Assembly (NCBI GenBank): GCA_937864235.1
Contig: CALMJI010000018.1
Span: 73,955-137,954 of the forward strand
Direction of reading: 5' to 3'
Origin: an uncultured bacterium
Lineage (GTDB): Bacteria; Patescibacteriota; Minisyncoccia; SW-4-49-11
DNA: 64,000 nt
Program-made: the position numbers and the translations under genes
Notes under the pieces: model-generated
Told to the model about the DNA's origin: nothing
The model's input: the letters and a program-made list of their open reading frames with translations, nothing else
Databases searched by the model: none
Shown: piece by piece, positions 39,052 through 49,655 of the stretch
Layout of the letters: each line of letters begins with the position of its first letter
Position numbering within the stretch: the stretch's first letter is position 1

Positions 39052-39342
39052 ATGAATGTCCAATTACTCTTCTTTTTCATTATGTGCTATTATGCCATCG
39101 TCAGAGAAGAAGTAAAAGAATTGTATAATTTCGAGTGCCAACTTTGCTATACAGTTTTTGAACGTAGAAAATTACAAATACACCATATTTTAAGAAAATG
39201 TGACGGTGGTACTAATCACCACCACAACCTTATACCATTTTGTTCTGATTGCCATATCCAGGTTCATAGTGATGGGATTACACACAATAGCCGAGGTACT
39301 AGAATTATGCATCTTGCATCAAATGCTTATCTAAGGGCTTAA
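39052..39342 (+). CDS. small HNH endonuclease-domain protein
   Basis: CQLC...IHHI....GGTN...NLIPFCSDCH..VH. Confidence 0.75.
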   Translation: MNVQLLFFFIMCYYAIVREEVKELYNFECQLCYTVFERRKLQIHHILRKCDGGTNHHHNLIPFCSDCHIQVHSDGITHNSRGTRIMHLASNAYLRA

Positions 39343-39359
39343 CAAGTCCTTTTTTTATT

Positions 39360-40534
39360 TTACCAACTACCTCCACCGCCTCCGCGACCAAAGCCACCTC
39401 CGCCTCCAATACCAGTTCCAAAGAATCCTCCGCCACTATTATTAGAGTCATATGAACTACTATTCAATTTAGTCATAGAATGCCCAGTACTATAAATAAT
39501 ATCACTATAAAACCAAGAGGATGAAAATGTATGATCATATTTAGCTGTACTTTCGAACCAATCTGGGTTATCTACAACTATTCCTTCAAAGGCTTTTTCC
39601 CATACTTTTGTATGTCCTAGAGCTATAGCATATGGCAGAATTTCAAAGAATAGATAATTTTTACCTTGGAAATCTAATCGATGTTTTTCTGCTACTACTA
39701 TATATTCTTCTAATCCTAATATATATGCAATCATTTCATCTCCAGCTTGTGTTCTTTTTGGTTTCAGTCTATTTAATATGATTGATGTTATTACTATTAT
39801 TAAACTAGCTATTGCACTTATAGAATATCCTGATATATAAATTATAAGCACCCCAAAACCACCTAGTAGAGGGATTAGATTTAGAAGTACTTTGATTACA
39901 GTAGGTATTTTGATGTAATATTGTGCGACTTCTTCTAAATATATAGCTTGGTATATTTCATTGAATTGATTGCTTTTAGGTAATATAGAATATATTATTG
40001 CAATTATTACTAAAAAAATGAGCTCAATTTGAAATATATAGCCTAGAATTATTAGAATTGCTACCAATATTAGGATATTTATTGTTGCTTGTTGTCTATC
40101 TTTTCTGGATATAAGGGCTCTTGTTTCTAAAAATAGTCTATTATTGGTCATTAAATAATATCTAAAAAGACTTTCTATCAAAAATGCCTCTCCCATATAA
40201 TTAACTCCTCTGGCTTTTTCTTTATCTACCATATCAAAGGTATATTTGGATTGTTGCCAAAATTTCTTATCAAAGTTTTGTTTAATTTTGATAATACCTT
40301 GTCTGGCCAAGGATATCATAAGGGCTGAAATCAGTCTTGGGTGTGGTCTTTGGTATCTTAAATACCCCACTCCTGCTGGGCTTAGGTTTGCCGGAGGAGT
40401 ATATTGGACTATACTTTCGTATTTTATACTTTTATTCCTATACTTTGAGAGTCAAAACCTACAATTCTCTCGGCTAAAGCTATATTGGGTGCTAATAATA
40501 TTGCTAAAGTTATTAGTATGGATTTTAGTTTCAT
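39360..40534 (-). pseudogene. DUF2207-family membrane protein, internally deleted and frameshifted
   Basis: Signal peptide plus AERIVGFDS start (40424..40534) is out of frame with the C-terminal half (YTPPANLSPA...LPYAIALG...GGGGGSW). Confidence 0.7.
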
Positions 40535-40544
40535 ATTTTTATAT

Positions 40545-41273
40545 CTATAAATAATCTAATATCCTATCGTAATCTAGGAATTTGAAGGTTTTGAAGATAA
40601 AGCGACCGAGGACTTCGAGGCTATTGGTGATGAACAGTATTCCGATTAGGACTAGGAATATCCCACTGATTATACGGATGATTGGGGTTAGATTTTCGAT
40701 TTTTTGTAATAACTGTCTGCCTTGCGCTAGTAGTATAGCGGTAATTAAAAATGGGATGGCAAGTCCTATAGAGAATATAAACATCAATATAGCTCCGTCT
40801 GCTACTGTTCCTTTGTTGATGAGGAAGGTTAGAATTGTTCCTAATATTGGTCCTACACAGGGTGTCCAGCCAATTCCGAGTAGAGCTCCGAGTAAAACTG
40901 AGCTTTGTGGTGTCCCGGCTTTAAGTCCTTTGATCCTTGGGTTCCAAGTGGTTTGGAAAATTTTATGTTTGAATATTCCTATCATCTCGAGCCCCCAGAT
41001 TAAGATTAGTGCTCCTGCGATACGACTGATTAGTAATCTCGTGTCTGGATTGAATAAGTTAGACAAACTACTAGCAAATACTCCTAAAATTACGAATATC
41101 CCCATAAATCCTAGTACAAACAGTGCCCCATTTCGTATAGTTTGCAATCTAGTTAATTTACCATCTCCTGTAATAAACCCAATATAAGCAGGGATTAAAG
41201 GAAAGGTACAGGGGGCTAAAAATGTTAGCACCCCTGCTACTAAACTCCCGACCAAAAGAGATGTACTGAGCAT
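40545..41273 (-). CDS. ccdA: cytochrome c biogenesis/thiol-disulfide transporter CcdA
   Basis: FLAPCTFPLIPAY and GWTPCVGPILG. Confidence 0.9.
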   Translation of the reverse strand: MLSTSLLVGSLVAGVLTFLAPCTFPLIPAYIGFITGDGKLTRLQTIRNGALFVLGFMGIFVILGVFASSLSNLFNPDTRLLISRIAGALILIWGLEMIGIFKHKIFQTTWNPRIKGLKAGTPQSSVLLGALLGIGWTPCVGPILGTILTFLINKGTVADGAILMFIFSIGLAIPFLITAILLAQGRQLLQKIENLTPIIRIISGIFLVLIGILFITNSLEVLGRFIFKTFKFLDYDRILDYL

Positions 41274-41279
41274 ATTAAT

Positions 41280-42458
41280 TTATTTTTTTCTATATTCTAT
41301 AACTAGAGCTCCAAAAGCTATATAGGTTAGAGTTAGTCCTGTAACTACTCCGATAATTGGGATGAATTTCAATAGATACATTATGATATATATTCCTAAA
41401 GCTACTAGGAAGATTTGTACTTTACCTTGTTTGAGGTCATATTTGTGATTCAACCAATTGGAGATGATTAAACTGGTTATGGATTGAGAGAAGAATACCA
41501 TAGATAGGTAGGCAAAGGTCACAAATAAAGCTACTGGGATTCCAATTATGCTTACAAATAATAATACTATGATTGAAATTGGAAGGAAGAATAGTAGTAT
41601 TCCGTAGAAAAAGGCTTGTCTGAAATCTTTTCCACTTTGTATGTTTTTGACTGCTCTAGATATAAATTTACCTGATAACCATGCTACTAAAAGAATTACT
41701 AAAGCGGCTGAGAATATTCTAAAGACCAGCATTCCTGAGAACATATTGTTCATTATGTCTTGTCTTGTGGTTCTTGGTTGCAATAGTTCTGGGTCAAAAT
41801 TAGCACTTACCCCTTCTTCTAGATTAGGTTTGAGATCTAATTCTTTTGTGTGACCGTAATTAACTGTGTTTCCAAATTTGGCTGATTCTGTTATATTAAC
41901 ACTTTGCTCAGCTACAAATTCTGTTTTACCTGCTAATATTCCCTCTAGGCTAAAATCTGCTGTTCTAATTTTGGTATCTCCTAAAACTGTTCCAGTAATG
42001 TTACTGTCTACACTAGCAATTTTGATATTACCACTAACTGTACCATCTAATTGGAACTTGGAAACAAACGCGATTATATCTCCTGAGATTGTAACATCTT
42101 TGTCTATGATTAAAGTATCTGCAAAGACTATAACATCTCCTTTGACATTGGCTTTGATGATTACAGAATTTCCTGCCAATCTAACATCATCTCCAATTTC
42201 TTGGTTGATAGTGATTTTATCTCCAGCAATAATGGCATCTTGAGTTATGGATGAATCTATGTCTACAACACCTCCAGCAATTATAGCATCCCCTTCTATT
42301 CCTTCTTGGACTCTGACTGTTTGCCCAGCTAAGTAGGCATCTCCTTCTACTTTTTCTCTGATATCCACCGAATCTCCAGCATCTAGCATCAGTGCTGAGA
42401 CTGATTGTATATTCAACACAAAGGCTAGAGCTATAAGTATTGAAAGATATTTTTTCAT
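41280..42458 (-). CDS. bactofilin-like beta-helix repeat protein with C-terminal TM domain
   Basis: Signal peptide, repeated V.GD...AG..V.I units, then TM helices. Confidence 0.75.
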   Translation of the reverse strand: MKKYLSILIALAFVLNIQSVSALMLDAGDSVDIREKVEGDAYLAGQTVRVQEGIEGDAIIAGGVVDIDSSITQDAIIAGDKITINQEIGDDVRLAGNSVIIKANVKGDVIVFADTLIIDKDVTISGDIIAFVSKFQLDGTVSGNIKIASVDSNITGTVLGDTKIRTADFSLEGILAGKTEFVAEQSVNITESAKFGNTVNYGHTKELDLKPNLEEGVSANFDPELLQPRTTRQDIMNNMFSGMLVFRIFSAALVILLVAWLSGKFISRAVKNIQSGKDFRQAFFYGILLFFLPISIIVLLFVSIIGIPVALFVTFAYLSMVFFSQSITSLIISNWLNHKYDLKQGKVQIFLVALGIYIIMYLLKFIPIIGVVTGLTLTYIAFGALVIEYRKK

Positions 42459-42558
42459 AGATTAAATATATAGCTTATACATAATAATTATATATGTTAT
42501 TGTACAAATTTGTCAAACTATGATATAATTAAATCATAATTAAAAATAATATACAAAT

Positions 42559-43284
42559 ATGATTGAAATCAAAGGTGTATCCAAAAAATTCAAAGATAAA
42601 ACTATTATTCATAGTTTGGATTTGTCTATCAAAAAAGGTGAATTTTATGCCCTAATTGGTCCTAATGGAGCTGGTAAGAGCACTTTGATCAAATTATTAT
42701 CTGGATTGTTACAGCCTACTAAGGGAGAAATTCTTTTGGATGGGATTAATATTGTAGAAAACCCAAAAGAGGCTAAGGCTTTGATTGGATATATTCCTGA
42801 CGAGCCGACTGTGTGGGATGGAATGACTGGATTTGAATTTATGAACTTTGTGGGTGCATTGTATAATATCCCTGCTAATGAAAGAGAAAAAGATATCAAA
42901 AAACTATTGAAAATTTATAATATAACAGGCACAGAGCATCAATTATATCAGGATTATTCTCGTGGAGTGAGGCAAAAATATTCTATTCTAGCAGCTCTAT
43001 TACATAATCCTAGTATATTATTGATTGACGAGCCTATTGTTGGTCTTGATCCTATTAGTATTGATATTACTAAAAATATTCTGGATGAATTTGTAAAGGA
43101 TGGTGGGACGGTCTTGATGGTGACTCATACTTTATTTGTAGCTCAAGAATTAGCAACTAGAATTGGTCTGTTTGAAAAGGGTAAAATAAAGATTGAAGGT
43201 ACTTATAAGGAGTTGGTAGATAAAGCTCATTTACCTGCTAAGACCTCTCTAGATGATGTTTATAAAAATTATTTAGCTAAATAA
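42559..43284 (+). CDS. ABC transporter ATP-binding protein
   Basis: GPNGAGKST, YSRGVRQK and LIDEPIVGLDP. Confidence 0.92.
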   Translation: MIEIKGVSKKFKDKTIIHSLDLSIKKGEFYALIGPNGAGKSTLIKLLSGLLQPTKGEILLDGINIVENPKEAKALIGYIPDEPTVWDGMTGFEFMNFVGALYNIPANEREKDIKKLLKIYNITGTEHQLYQDYSRGVRQKYSILAALLHNPSILLIDEPIVGLDPISIDITKNILDEFVKDGGTVLMVTHTLFVAQELATRIGLFEKGKIKIEGTYKELVDKAHLPAKTSLDDVYKNYLAK

Positions 43285-43289
43285 ATACT

Positions 43290-44966
43290 ATGTCAGAATC
43301 ATTTGGATTATTATTGTCTTATCCTGGACAAGTTATCAAAAGGTACTTGGCTCGTGAAAAATTTACTCGTATCTTTGCTATTTTTATATTATTACTGATT
43401 ATTCTATTTATAGGGGTTTCAATTTATGTTACCACAATTGAAGGACTAAACTTTATTAGTAGAGATATTGAATTGAGAGATGCTTTATACTTTTATATAG
43501 CGCAACTGTTTTATTTACTTGTTTTTGTATTAAGTTTTGGGAATAGCATTCTAGTAATTGCTGCCTCTTTTGCTCGTAAATCTCATCAGTGGATTATGGC
43601 TACACCGTCCTTCTCTATTATGGCTTTTGTGAATTTATTCCAATTGTTAGCTTCTAGTCTGTGGATTTTTCTTGCTGTTATTATTCCTGTCTTAATGGGA
43701 ATTGCTCAATTTATGGGAGTGGATGGATTACAATTGTTTTTGAGTTTTGTATTGACTACAGCTTTGATTATTGTTGAGAGTATTTGTGGGGTTCTGGCTT
43801 ATATGCTTAGTGTTTATCTGTTGAGATATTTATCTACATTAATTGGTCGAAATATTGTTTCTCAGTCTCTGGCTATTATTTTGCTTGTAATTAGCTCAGT
43901 TCTGATGATTGCTTTATTCTGGAGAATTGCTATTCCTCAAGATTTTGTAAAATTCTTTGATGGTAATTATATTGTCCAAATGCAAACTATGAAGGAGCAG
44001 TTAATTTATCTACCTACTTTTGGTATAGCTCAAGTTTTACATGATTTATTGTTCTGCTCCAATATATTTGGTACTACTTATACTATAATCTTTACTGGTT
44101 TAACTTTGGGGTTATTGATAACTGTATATGTTTTATTAGATAAAAGTTATCTGGTAATGTGGCAATTATTACAGGAGGGTAATTATATAGCTGGACAGGA
44201 TAATAAGAGAATCAATACCTATAAATCCTATAATTTCCCAGCTATCAATGCAGTTCATAATATTATTGATAAAGAATTATTGTTAATCTGGAGAGATAAA
44301 AAAAATCTACTTTGGTTTGTAATTGTAATTGGATTATGGTTAGCTCAGACTGCGGTTAGCTGGAGAGTTACTGCTAATGCTAACAATTATGGTGATGGCT
44401 ATATCTTTCCTGACTTTGTATATGCTTTGATTCTAGCTATTGGGCTATACTTTATTAGTGCCCTGTCTCTGAGATTTGTATTTCCTACCTTTAGTGCAGA
44501 GAGAAAAGTAGCTTGGATTCTAGGAGTTGCTCCAATTTCTCCTTGGAATATTGCAGTTGGTAAATTATTGATTTATACAGGAATATTTTTATTCTTAGGT
44601 AGTCCGATTTTGATTGCTAATTTTGTGATATTAGGTTTTGGATTCTTCCCTGCTCTATTGTATTGGATTGTATTTAGCTTATCTGTAATTCTAATAGTAT
44701 TGCTCGCTATCTATTTGTCTATTGCCTATCCTAATAGATTTTCTAGTGACCCTGAAACTTTATCCACTACCCTACCTGGATTAGCCTTTACTAGCTTGGC
44801 CTTGGGTGGAACAATTATTATTGCTAATATTATGTATTTGGTTCTGTCTAATGTAGATTTGGTAGTACTTCTAATATTATTGATTACTGTTCTAAATTTG
44901 TTGCTTACAAGTTTGACATATAATGCTAGTGAGAAATTTGAATATGCTGGTGAAATTATTGCCTAA
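43290..44966 (+). CDS. ABC transporter permease (putative exporter)
   Basis: Multi-TM; DKELLLIWRD and RFVFPTFSAE; follows the ATPase gene. Confidence 0.8.
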   Translation: MSESFGLLLSYPGQVIKRYLAREKFTRIFAIFILLLIILFIGVSIYVTTIEGLNFISRDIELRDALYFYIAQLFYLLVFVLSFGNSILVIAASFARKSHQWIMATPSFSIMAFVNLFQLLASSLWIFLAVIIPVLMGIAQFMGVDGLQLFLSFVLTTALIIVESICGVLAYMLSVYLLRYLSTLIGRNIVSQSLAIILLVISSVLMIALFWRIAIPQDFVKFFDGNYIVQMQTMKEQLIYLPTFGIAQVLHDLLFCSNIFGTTYTIIFTGLTLGLLITVYVLLDKSYLVMWQLLQEGNYIAGQDNKRINTYKSYNFPAINAVHNIIDKELLLIWRDKKNLLWFVIVIGLWLAQTAVSWRVTANANNYGDGYIFPDFVYALILAIGLYFISALSLRFVFPTFSAERKVAWILGVAPISPWNIAVGKLLIYTGIFLFLGSPILIANFVILGFGFFPALLYWIVFSLSVILIVLLAIYLSIAYPNRFSSDPETLSTTLPGLAFTSLALGGTIIIANIMYLVLSNVDLVVLLILLITVLNLLLTSLTYNASEKFEYAGEIIA

Positions 44967-44977
44967 TTAAATTGCTT

Positions 44978-45982
44978 ATGAAATTATTAGCCTTTGAAAT
45001 AGATGCTGCTGAAAAAGTATATTTACAAGAAAATTTAACTGTTGATTTACACCAGGAATACTATGAAGATACTCTATCAATCGAGGCTTTAGATAATAAA
45101 CAAGATACTACTCATTTGGTGGTATTTGTATACTCTAGGGTAAATACTGAGGTGTTAGATAAATTGCCTAACTTAAAGGCCATATTTACTATGTCTACTG
45201 GTTATGACCATATTGATATAGAAGATTGTAAAGCTCGTGGAATTACTGTGCATTCCGTCCCCTTTTATGGGGAAAATACCGTAGCGGAGCATACTTTTGC
45301 TTTGATTCTAGCTCTTTCTAGACAATTGATAGAGTCAATTGAGAGGACTAAGACCTTTGATTTTAATCCAGCTGGACTAGAGGGTTTTGATTTGAGAGGT
45401 AAGACTTTGGGAATTATCGGTATGGGTAGAATTGGGAGCTTTGTAGCTAAAATGGCTAAAGGTTTTGATATGAAAATTCTAGCTTATGATGCTTTTGTAA
45501 AAGATGAATTGGCTCGAGAGATTGGATTTGAATATGTTAGTTTAGAGGATTTATTAGCAAAATCAGATATTGTAACTTTGCATACTGCCTATAGACCTGA
45601 GACTCATCATATTATTAATCGCGAGTCTATCCAATTAATGAAAAAGGGGGCTTATATTATTAATACTGCTCGTGGTGGCCTGATTGAGACTTCTGCCTTG
45701 ATAATGGCTTTAGAAGAAGGGATTTTAGCAGGAGCTGGATTGGATGTATTGGAGGAAGAGTGTTTTATAAAAGAAGAAAAAGAATTACTATCTCAGGCTT
45801 TTTTGAAGACTTGTGATTTACAAACAGTGGTACAAGATCATCTTTTAATTCAAGACAAGCGAGTAATTGTGACTCCACATAATGCTTTTAATTCAAGAGA
45901 GGCTATCTTGAGAATACTTGAGACTACCATAGATAATATACAAACTCAGATTAAGGGTGAGATGTTGAATTTGGTGAAGTAG
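44978..45982 (+). CDS. D-2-hydroxyacid dehydrogenase (D-lactate dehydrogenase-like)
   Basis: STGYDHID, GIIGMGRIG, INTARGGLI, GLDVLEEE and TPHNAF. Confidence 0.92.
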   Translation: MKLLAFEIDAAEKVYLQENLTVDLHQEYYEDTLSIEALDNKQDTTHLVVFVYSRVNTEVLDKLPNLKAIFTMSTGYDHIDIEDCKARGITVHSVPFYGENTVAEHTFALILALSRQLIESIERTKTFDFNPAGLEGFDLRGKTLGIIGMGRIGSFVAKMAKGFDMKILAYDAFVKDELAREIGFEYVSLEDLLAKSDIVTLHTAYRPETHHIINRESIQLMKKGAYIINTARGGLIETSALIMALEEGILAGAGLDVLEEECFIKEEKELLSQAFLKTCDLQTVVQDHLLIQDKRVIVTPHNAFNSREAILRILETTIDNIQTQIKGEMLNLVK

Positions 45983-46095
45983 GGACAAAAATACTGTCCT
46001 ACCTTGGGGGAGGACAGAAATAAACTGCCCCTCGCTTTGTAATCCGCCTTGTGAGGAGGCGAGGGTGGACCACGTCAGTGGGTGGGTGTGGACAG
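45983..46095. repeat. hairpin repeat cluster
   Basis: GTCCTACCTTGGGGGAGGAC and CCCTCGC[AATCCGCCTTG..GGAG]GCGAGGGTGG..GGGTGTGGAC. Confidence 0.8.
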
Positions 46096-46179
46096 TTTTG
46101 GACTATGTACTAATAATAACTTTTACATCTAAAAAGAGAGATAATATCCCTCTTTTTATCTGGACTTTAGAATATAAGA

Positions 46180-46611
46180 TTAGCTCTTATTTAGGCTGAT
46201 TACCTTCTTGCTAGAGTCTGACTTTTGCTGTACTCTGATGGTTATCTCTCCATCTTTATAGTCAGCTGTCACTGAATCTTCATCTATATCTCCGGGCAAT
46301 TGGACTGATCGGCTAAAAGATTCTTTGGAAATAGATTTGAAGTAATAATGTCTATCTTTATCCTCTTTTTCCTCTTCGGATGAGACTTTACCTTCTATGG
46401 TCAAGACTCTATTATCTAAAGTGATTTCTAAATTTTCTTCCTTGAATCCTGGAGCTTGTAGTCTAACGACTAGCTCAGACCCATCTTGATACATTTCCAT
46501 ATCATTGATAGATCTTGTAAGGCTCGGAAAGGATGTCTCGAATATTTCATCGAATAGCCTACTTGGGCTTAATTCAAAAGTATTTAATGTTGGTAGATTG
46601 CGAATCCTCAT
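46180..46611 (-). CDS. Hsp20/alpha-crystallin small heat shock protein
   Basis: APGFKEENLEI, FSRSVQLP and ADYKDGEITI. Confidence 0.92.
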   Translation of the reverse strand: MRIRNLPTLNTFELSPSRLFDEIFETSFPSLTRSINDMEMYQDGSELVVRLQAPGFKEENLEITLDNRVLTIEGKVSSEEEKEDKDRHYYFKSISKESFSRSVQLPGDIDEDSVTADYKDGEITIRVQQKSDSSKKVISLNKS

Positions 46612-46692
46612 ATATGTATAACTTAATATTACTAATATGTGATGTACATCTGTCTGGAGGGGACCCTCCTTATTAATATTATAACTCTAATT

Positions 46693-46719
46693 TTAGCAGT
46701 GTCAAGATGTGGCTGCTAA
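46693..46719. promoter_or_regulatory. CIRCE-like (HrcA) operator overlapping the -35 of hsp20
   Basis: TTAGCAGTG-N9-GGCTGCTAA versus consensus TTAGCACTC-N9-GAGTGCTAA; minus-strand TTGACA at 46700..46705. Confidence 0.7.
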
Positions 46720-47271
46720 TTACTTCACCGTGATTTCACTTAAGATTTTTGCCCATTTGAGGTCTAAAAAGTGTCCGCTATTAGGTGTAGTGATTAGCTC
46801 GGCTTGCAAATCTGTAGCTATATTCTGAGCTTGAATATATGGAATATTGGAATCATCCTCGGAGCCGATGACTTTAATCTTCCCTTTTATCTTGGATTTG
46901 ACCTGATTAATATCTACCAAATGCTCAAAAAAGTTAGCATAATTGCCATTGCGGAAACTGGCGTTGGCAAGGGTATTATCAAAAGGGGCTATAAGTACTA
47001 TATTTTGTACTGTCTGTCTAGTTTGCTCCAAGAATAACAAAACGGCTCTAGTACCCAGACTATGTCCAACTAAAATTACTGAATTCTTTGCCCCTGACAC
47101 TGCTTGCTCTATAATTGGATACCATTCTCTAAAAACTGGATATTTACCTCCAGGCAAATTAAGGGTTATCACCTCGCTACCAGATTCTATAATATATTTA
47201 CGGAAGTCTGGATGCCACATACTCTCACTATTATGATTATATCCTGGGATATCTATAATAGTATAGGCCAT
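46720..47271 (-). CDS. RBBP9/YdeN family alpha/beta hydrolase
   Basis: GHSLG, SEDD..IP and SGHF. Confidence 0.88.
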   Translation of the reverse strand: MAYTIIDIPGYNHNSESMWHPDFRKYIIESGSEVITLNLPGGKYPVFREWYPIIEQAVSGAKNSVILVGHSLGTRAVLLFLEQTRQTVQNIVLIAPFDNTLANASFRNGNYANFFEHLVDINQVKSKIKGKIKVIGSEDDSNIPYIQAQNIATDLQAELITTPNSGHFLDLKWAKILSEITVK

Positions 47272-47272
47272 A

Positions 47273-47479
47273 TTATTTTTTGAAGTAATTGATAATTAAC
47301 TGCAAACAACCAACGATTCCAATCACTACCCCTAATCCCATCAAAATTGGGAATATAATCTGTGCTGCAAAATTAGCAATGAATGAGAATAAAAATAATC
47401 CAAGACCACCCCAAATTAGTAACTGTGGCTTAGACTTTAAATTTTTACTATTATTGCCTCCTATAATTCTAATTTCCAT
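47273..47479 (-). CDS. small 2-TM hypothetical protein
   Basis: 68 aa, hydrophobic, abuts the downstream gene. Confidence 0.55.
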   Translation of the reverse strand: MEIRIIGGNNSKNLKSKPQLLIWGGLGLFLFSFIANFAAQIIFPILMGLGVVIGIVGCLQLIINYFKK

Positions 47480-47624
47480 ATTTAAAAAAATATTCTACTT
47501 AACATTTATATTATATCATATTTGCACAAAACAAAAACTCCCTCGAGGGGAGTCTTTGTAAAAATTTATAAAAGAGCTTGTGTATTATATAAATTTTAGG
47601 GTTTTGTGTCAAGGGAATAATATC

Positions 47625-48272
47625 CTACTCCTTTACCACTTTAGCGGAGATGATTTTGACATCTTCTACGGGTCTATCTTGTACACCAGTTTGGACAGTA
47701 GAGATGGTCTCAGCGATGTCTAGTCCTCCGATCACTTTACCGGCATTAGTGTGTGCTCCGTCTAGCCAAGGTGTGGATGCAGTGGTGACGATGAAGAATT
47801 GGGATCCATTGGTATCTGGTCCTGAATTAGCCATAGCAAAACTTCCTTTAACTAGTGGCTCGTCATTGATTTCATCATCAAACTTTTCTCCGGCATCTCC
47901 AGTTCCATATAAAGCAGATTTACTTGGGTCTTTGGTATTAGGGTCTCCTCCTTGTATCATAAAATCTTTGATCACTCTATGGAATAAGGTATTGTCATAG
48001 ACTCCTTCTTTGGTGTATTTGATAATTTTGCTGGCTGTGTTGGGTGAGAGGTCGCTGAATAATTCTACGGTGATTTTACCTTTGCTAGTGTTGAATTCTA
48101 TAATTGGTCGCTCTTTCATAATGTCTTCATTTAATTTGGTAATTTGTTGAGTTTGCTCGAGACTAGCCTTGATAGCTTCATTGCCTTTTTCACTAAAGTC
48201 TTTATTGATAAAAACTGTTATCCCAAGTACTAAAAAGGTTATCCCTAAGGCAAAATATCCGAATTGTTTCAT
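47625..48272 (-). CDS. cyclophilin-type peptidyl-prolyl isomerase with N-terminal TM anchor
   Basis: FHRVIKDFMIQGGDP, AMANSGPDTNGSQFFI and WLDGAHT. Confidence 0.95.
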   Translation of the reverse strand: MKQFGYFALGITFLVLGITVFINKDFSEKGNEAIKASLEQTQQITKLNEDIMKERPIIEFNTSKGKITVELFSDLSPNTASKIIKYTKEGVYDNTLFHRVIKDFMIQGGDPNTKDPSKSALYGTGDAGEKFDDEINDEPLVKGSFAMANSGPDTNGSQFFIVTTASTPWLDGAHTNAGKVIGGLDIAETISTVQTGVQDRPVEDVKIISAKVVKE

Positions 48273-48359
48273 ATCTGTATTCTCTTATTGATATATTATA
48301 TTTTGTATTTTTATTATAGCATAGAAAGAAAAATTTTTGAATGGGTTGTATGGTGTTTT

Positions 48360-48740
48360 TAAATTTCCCTGTCCTCCTCCGTCACTTTACGGTGCCACCT
48401 CCCCCAAGGGAGGACAGTAATTTTGTCCCTCGCCGGCGAGGGTGGCACGGAGCGCCGGGTGTGGACTTGTCTTTGATAGGTATTTTTTATCCACCCTCCC
48501 ACTACGGGTACGCCCTCCCTGCCTACCGCAGGCAGGCAAAAGGAGACAAAAAGCAGAGTTCAGGCGACTGAAAGGTCGCCCCTACGAGGACAGAATATAC
48601 TATTTAACTCTATCCACCTCCGGCCTAAAGGCAACCTCCTCCTAAGGAGGACACGATCTCCAATGCAGGACAATCCACCCCGTCAATAAAAGATTTCCAC
48701 CCCTCAATGAAATCCGCCTTGGGCGGAGAGGGGAATTTTA
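48360..48740. repeat. large modular hairpin repeat cluster
   Basis: Module A at 48371..48415, module E, CCTGCCTACCGCAGGCAGGC at 48518..48537 and a GTAG-REP at 48563..48586. Confidence 0.9.
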
Positions 48741-48755
48741 ATATAGCCCCCACCT

Positions 48756-49424
48756 CTACACTTTCAAATAGTCTAGGTGGGCGGTATCATTGTATGTGAT
48801 TAGTTTCCAACCGGTATATGGATATTCTGGATGATAATGTAGCACTACTATTCCTGTATTTTCTAGCCAATATTGTTCTTGTAATCTCTTATAAATATCT
48901 GGAGTTAATGCATCACCTAAAATCACTTTTATAATTAAAGCATTTAAGAAAAATTGATGCGTGACTACTCCTAAAACTGGCTCTGGCTTTAATTTTAAGA
49001 ATTCTATGGCTTGCTCTGCTCTTGCTAACATACTATCATAACTATCTCCGTCTTCAATCTGGGTATTAGGCTCAAAAAGACTATTGACCCAATTCTTTTC
49101 TATTTCTAATATTCTTGGTTCTTGTCTAATTTGTCCTATGATTGAACTGGGCTTTTGTTTTTCTATAAATAAATCTGAATATTCTATATCTAAATTTGTG
49201 ATTGAACTTATTATTTTAGATGTTTCTTTCGCTCTAGTCAGGGTGCTAGATATGAGATATGATAATTGTAAATACTTGATTCTCTCAGCTAATTTAATAG
49301 CCTGTGATTTACCTACTTCTGTTAAATACTGCTCTCTTACATGAATATTTTTATTTTTGTTAATATTCTCATCACTCTGAGCATGACGAAAAAAATATAT
49401 TGTTTTTTGTGGTTTTGTATACAT
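48756..49424 (-). CDS. histidine phosphatase family protein
   Basis: RHAQS, SSTLTRAKETS, VVTH and NTGI. Confidence 0.88.
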   Translation of the reverse strand: MYTKPQKTIYFFRHAQSDENINKNKNIHVREQYLTEVGKSQAIKLAERIKYLQLSYLISSTLTRAKETSKIISSITNLDIEYSDLFIEKQKPSSIIGQIRQEPRILEIEKNWVNSLFEPNTQIEDGDSYDSMLARAEQAIEFLKLKPEPVLGVVTHQFFLNALIIKVILGDALTPDIYKRLQEQYWLENTGIVVLHYHPEYPYTGWKLITYNDTAHLDYLKV

Positions 49425-49471
49425 AATTAAGTTAAGTAAAGAGATATTTTATTATAAAAGAAAGTAGTTTG

Positions 49472-49544
49472 TGGACCGTACTGGGATCGAACCAGCGACC
49501 TCTTCCATGCCATGGAAGCGCGCTACCAACTGCGCCAACGGCCC
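49472..49544 (-). tRNA. tRNA-Ala(GGC)
   Basis: GGGCCGT/ACGGTCC acceptor stem with G3:U70, anticodon arm CTTCC-AT-GGC-AT-GGAAG and GTTCGA T-loop; CCA is not encoded. Confidence 0.97.
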
Positions 49545-49655
49545 TTTAATATTTGTATTATATCAGTATATATTATATCTGGCAATATGTATTGAGTTTG
49601 AATCTTGGCTGTATTTGTATTATAATATATATACTTATTCATTAATTTTACAATT

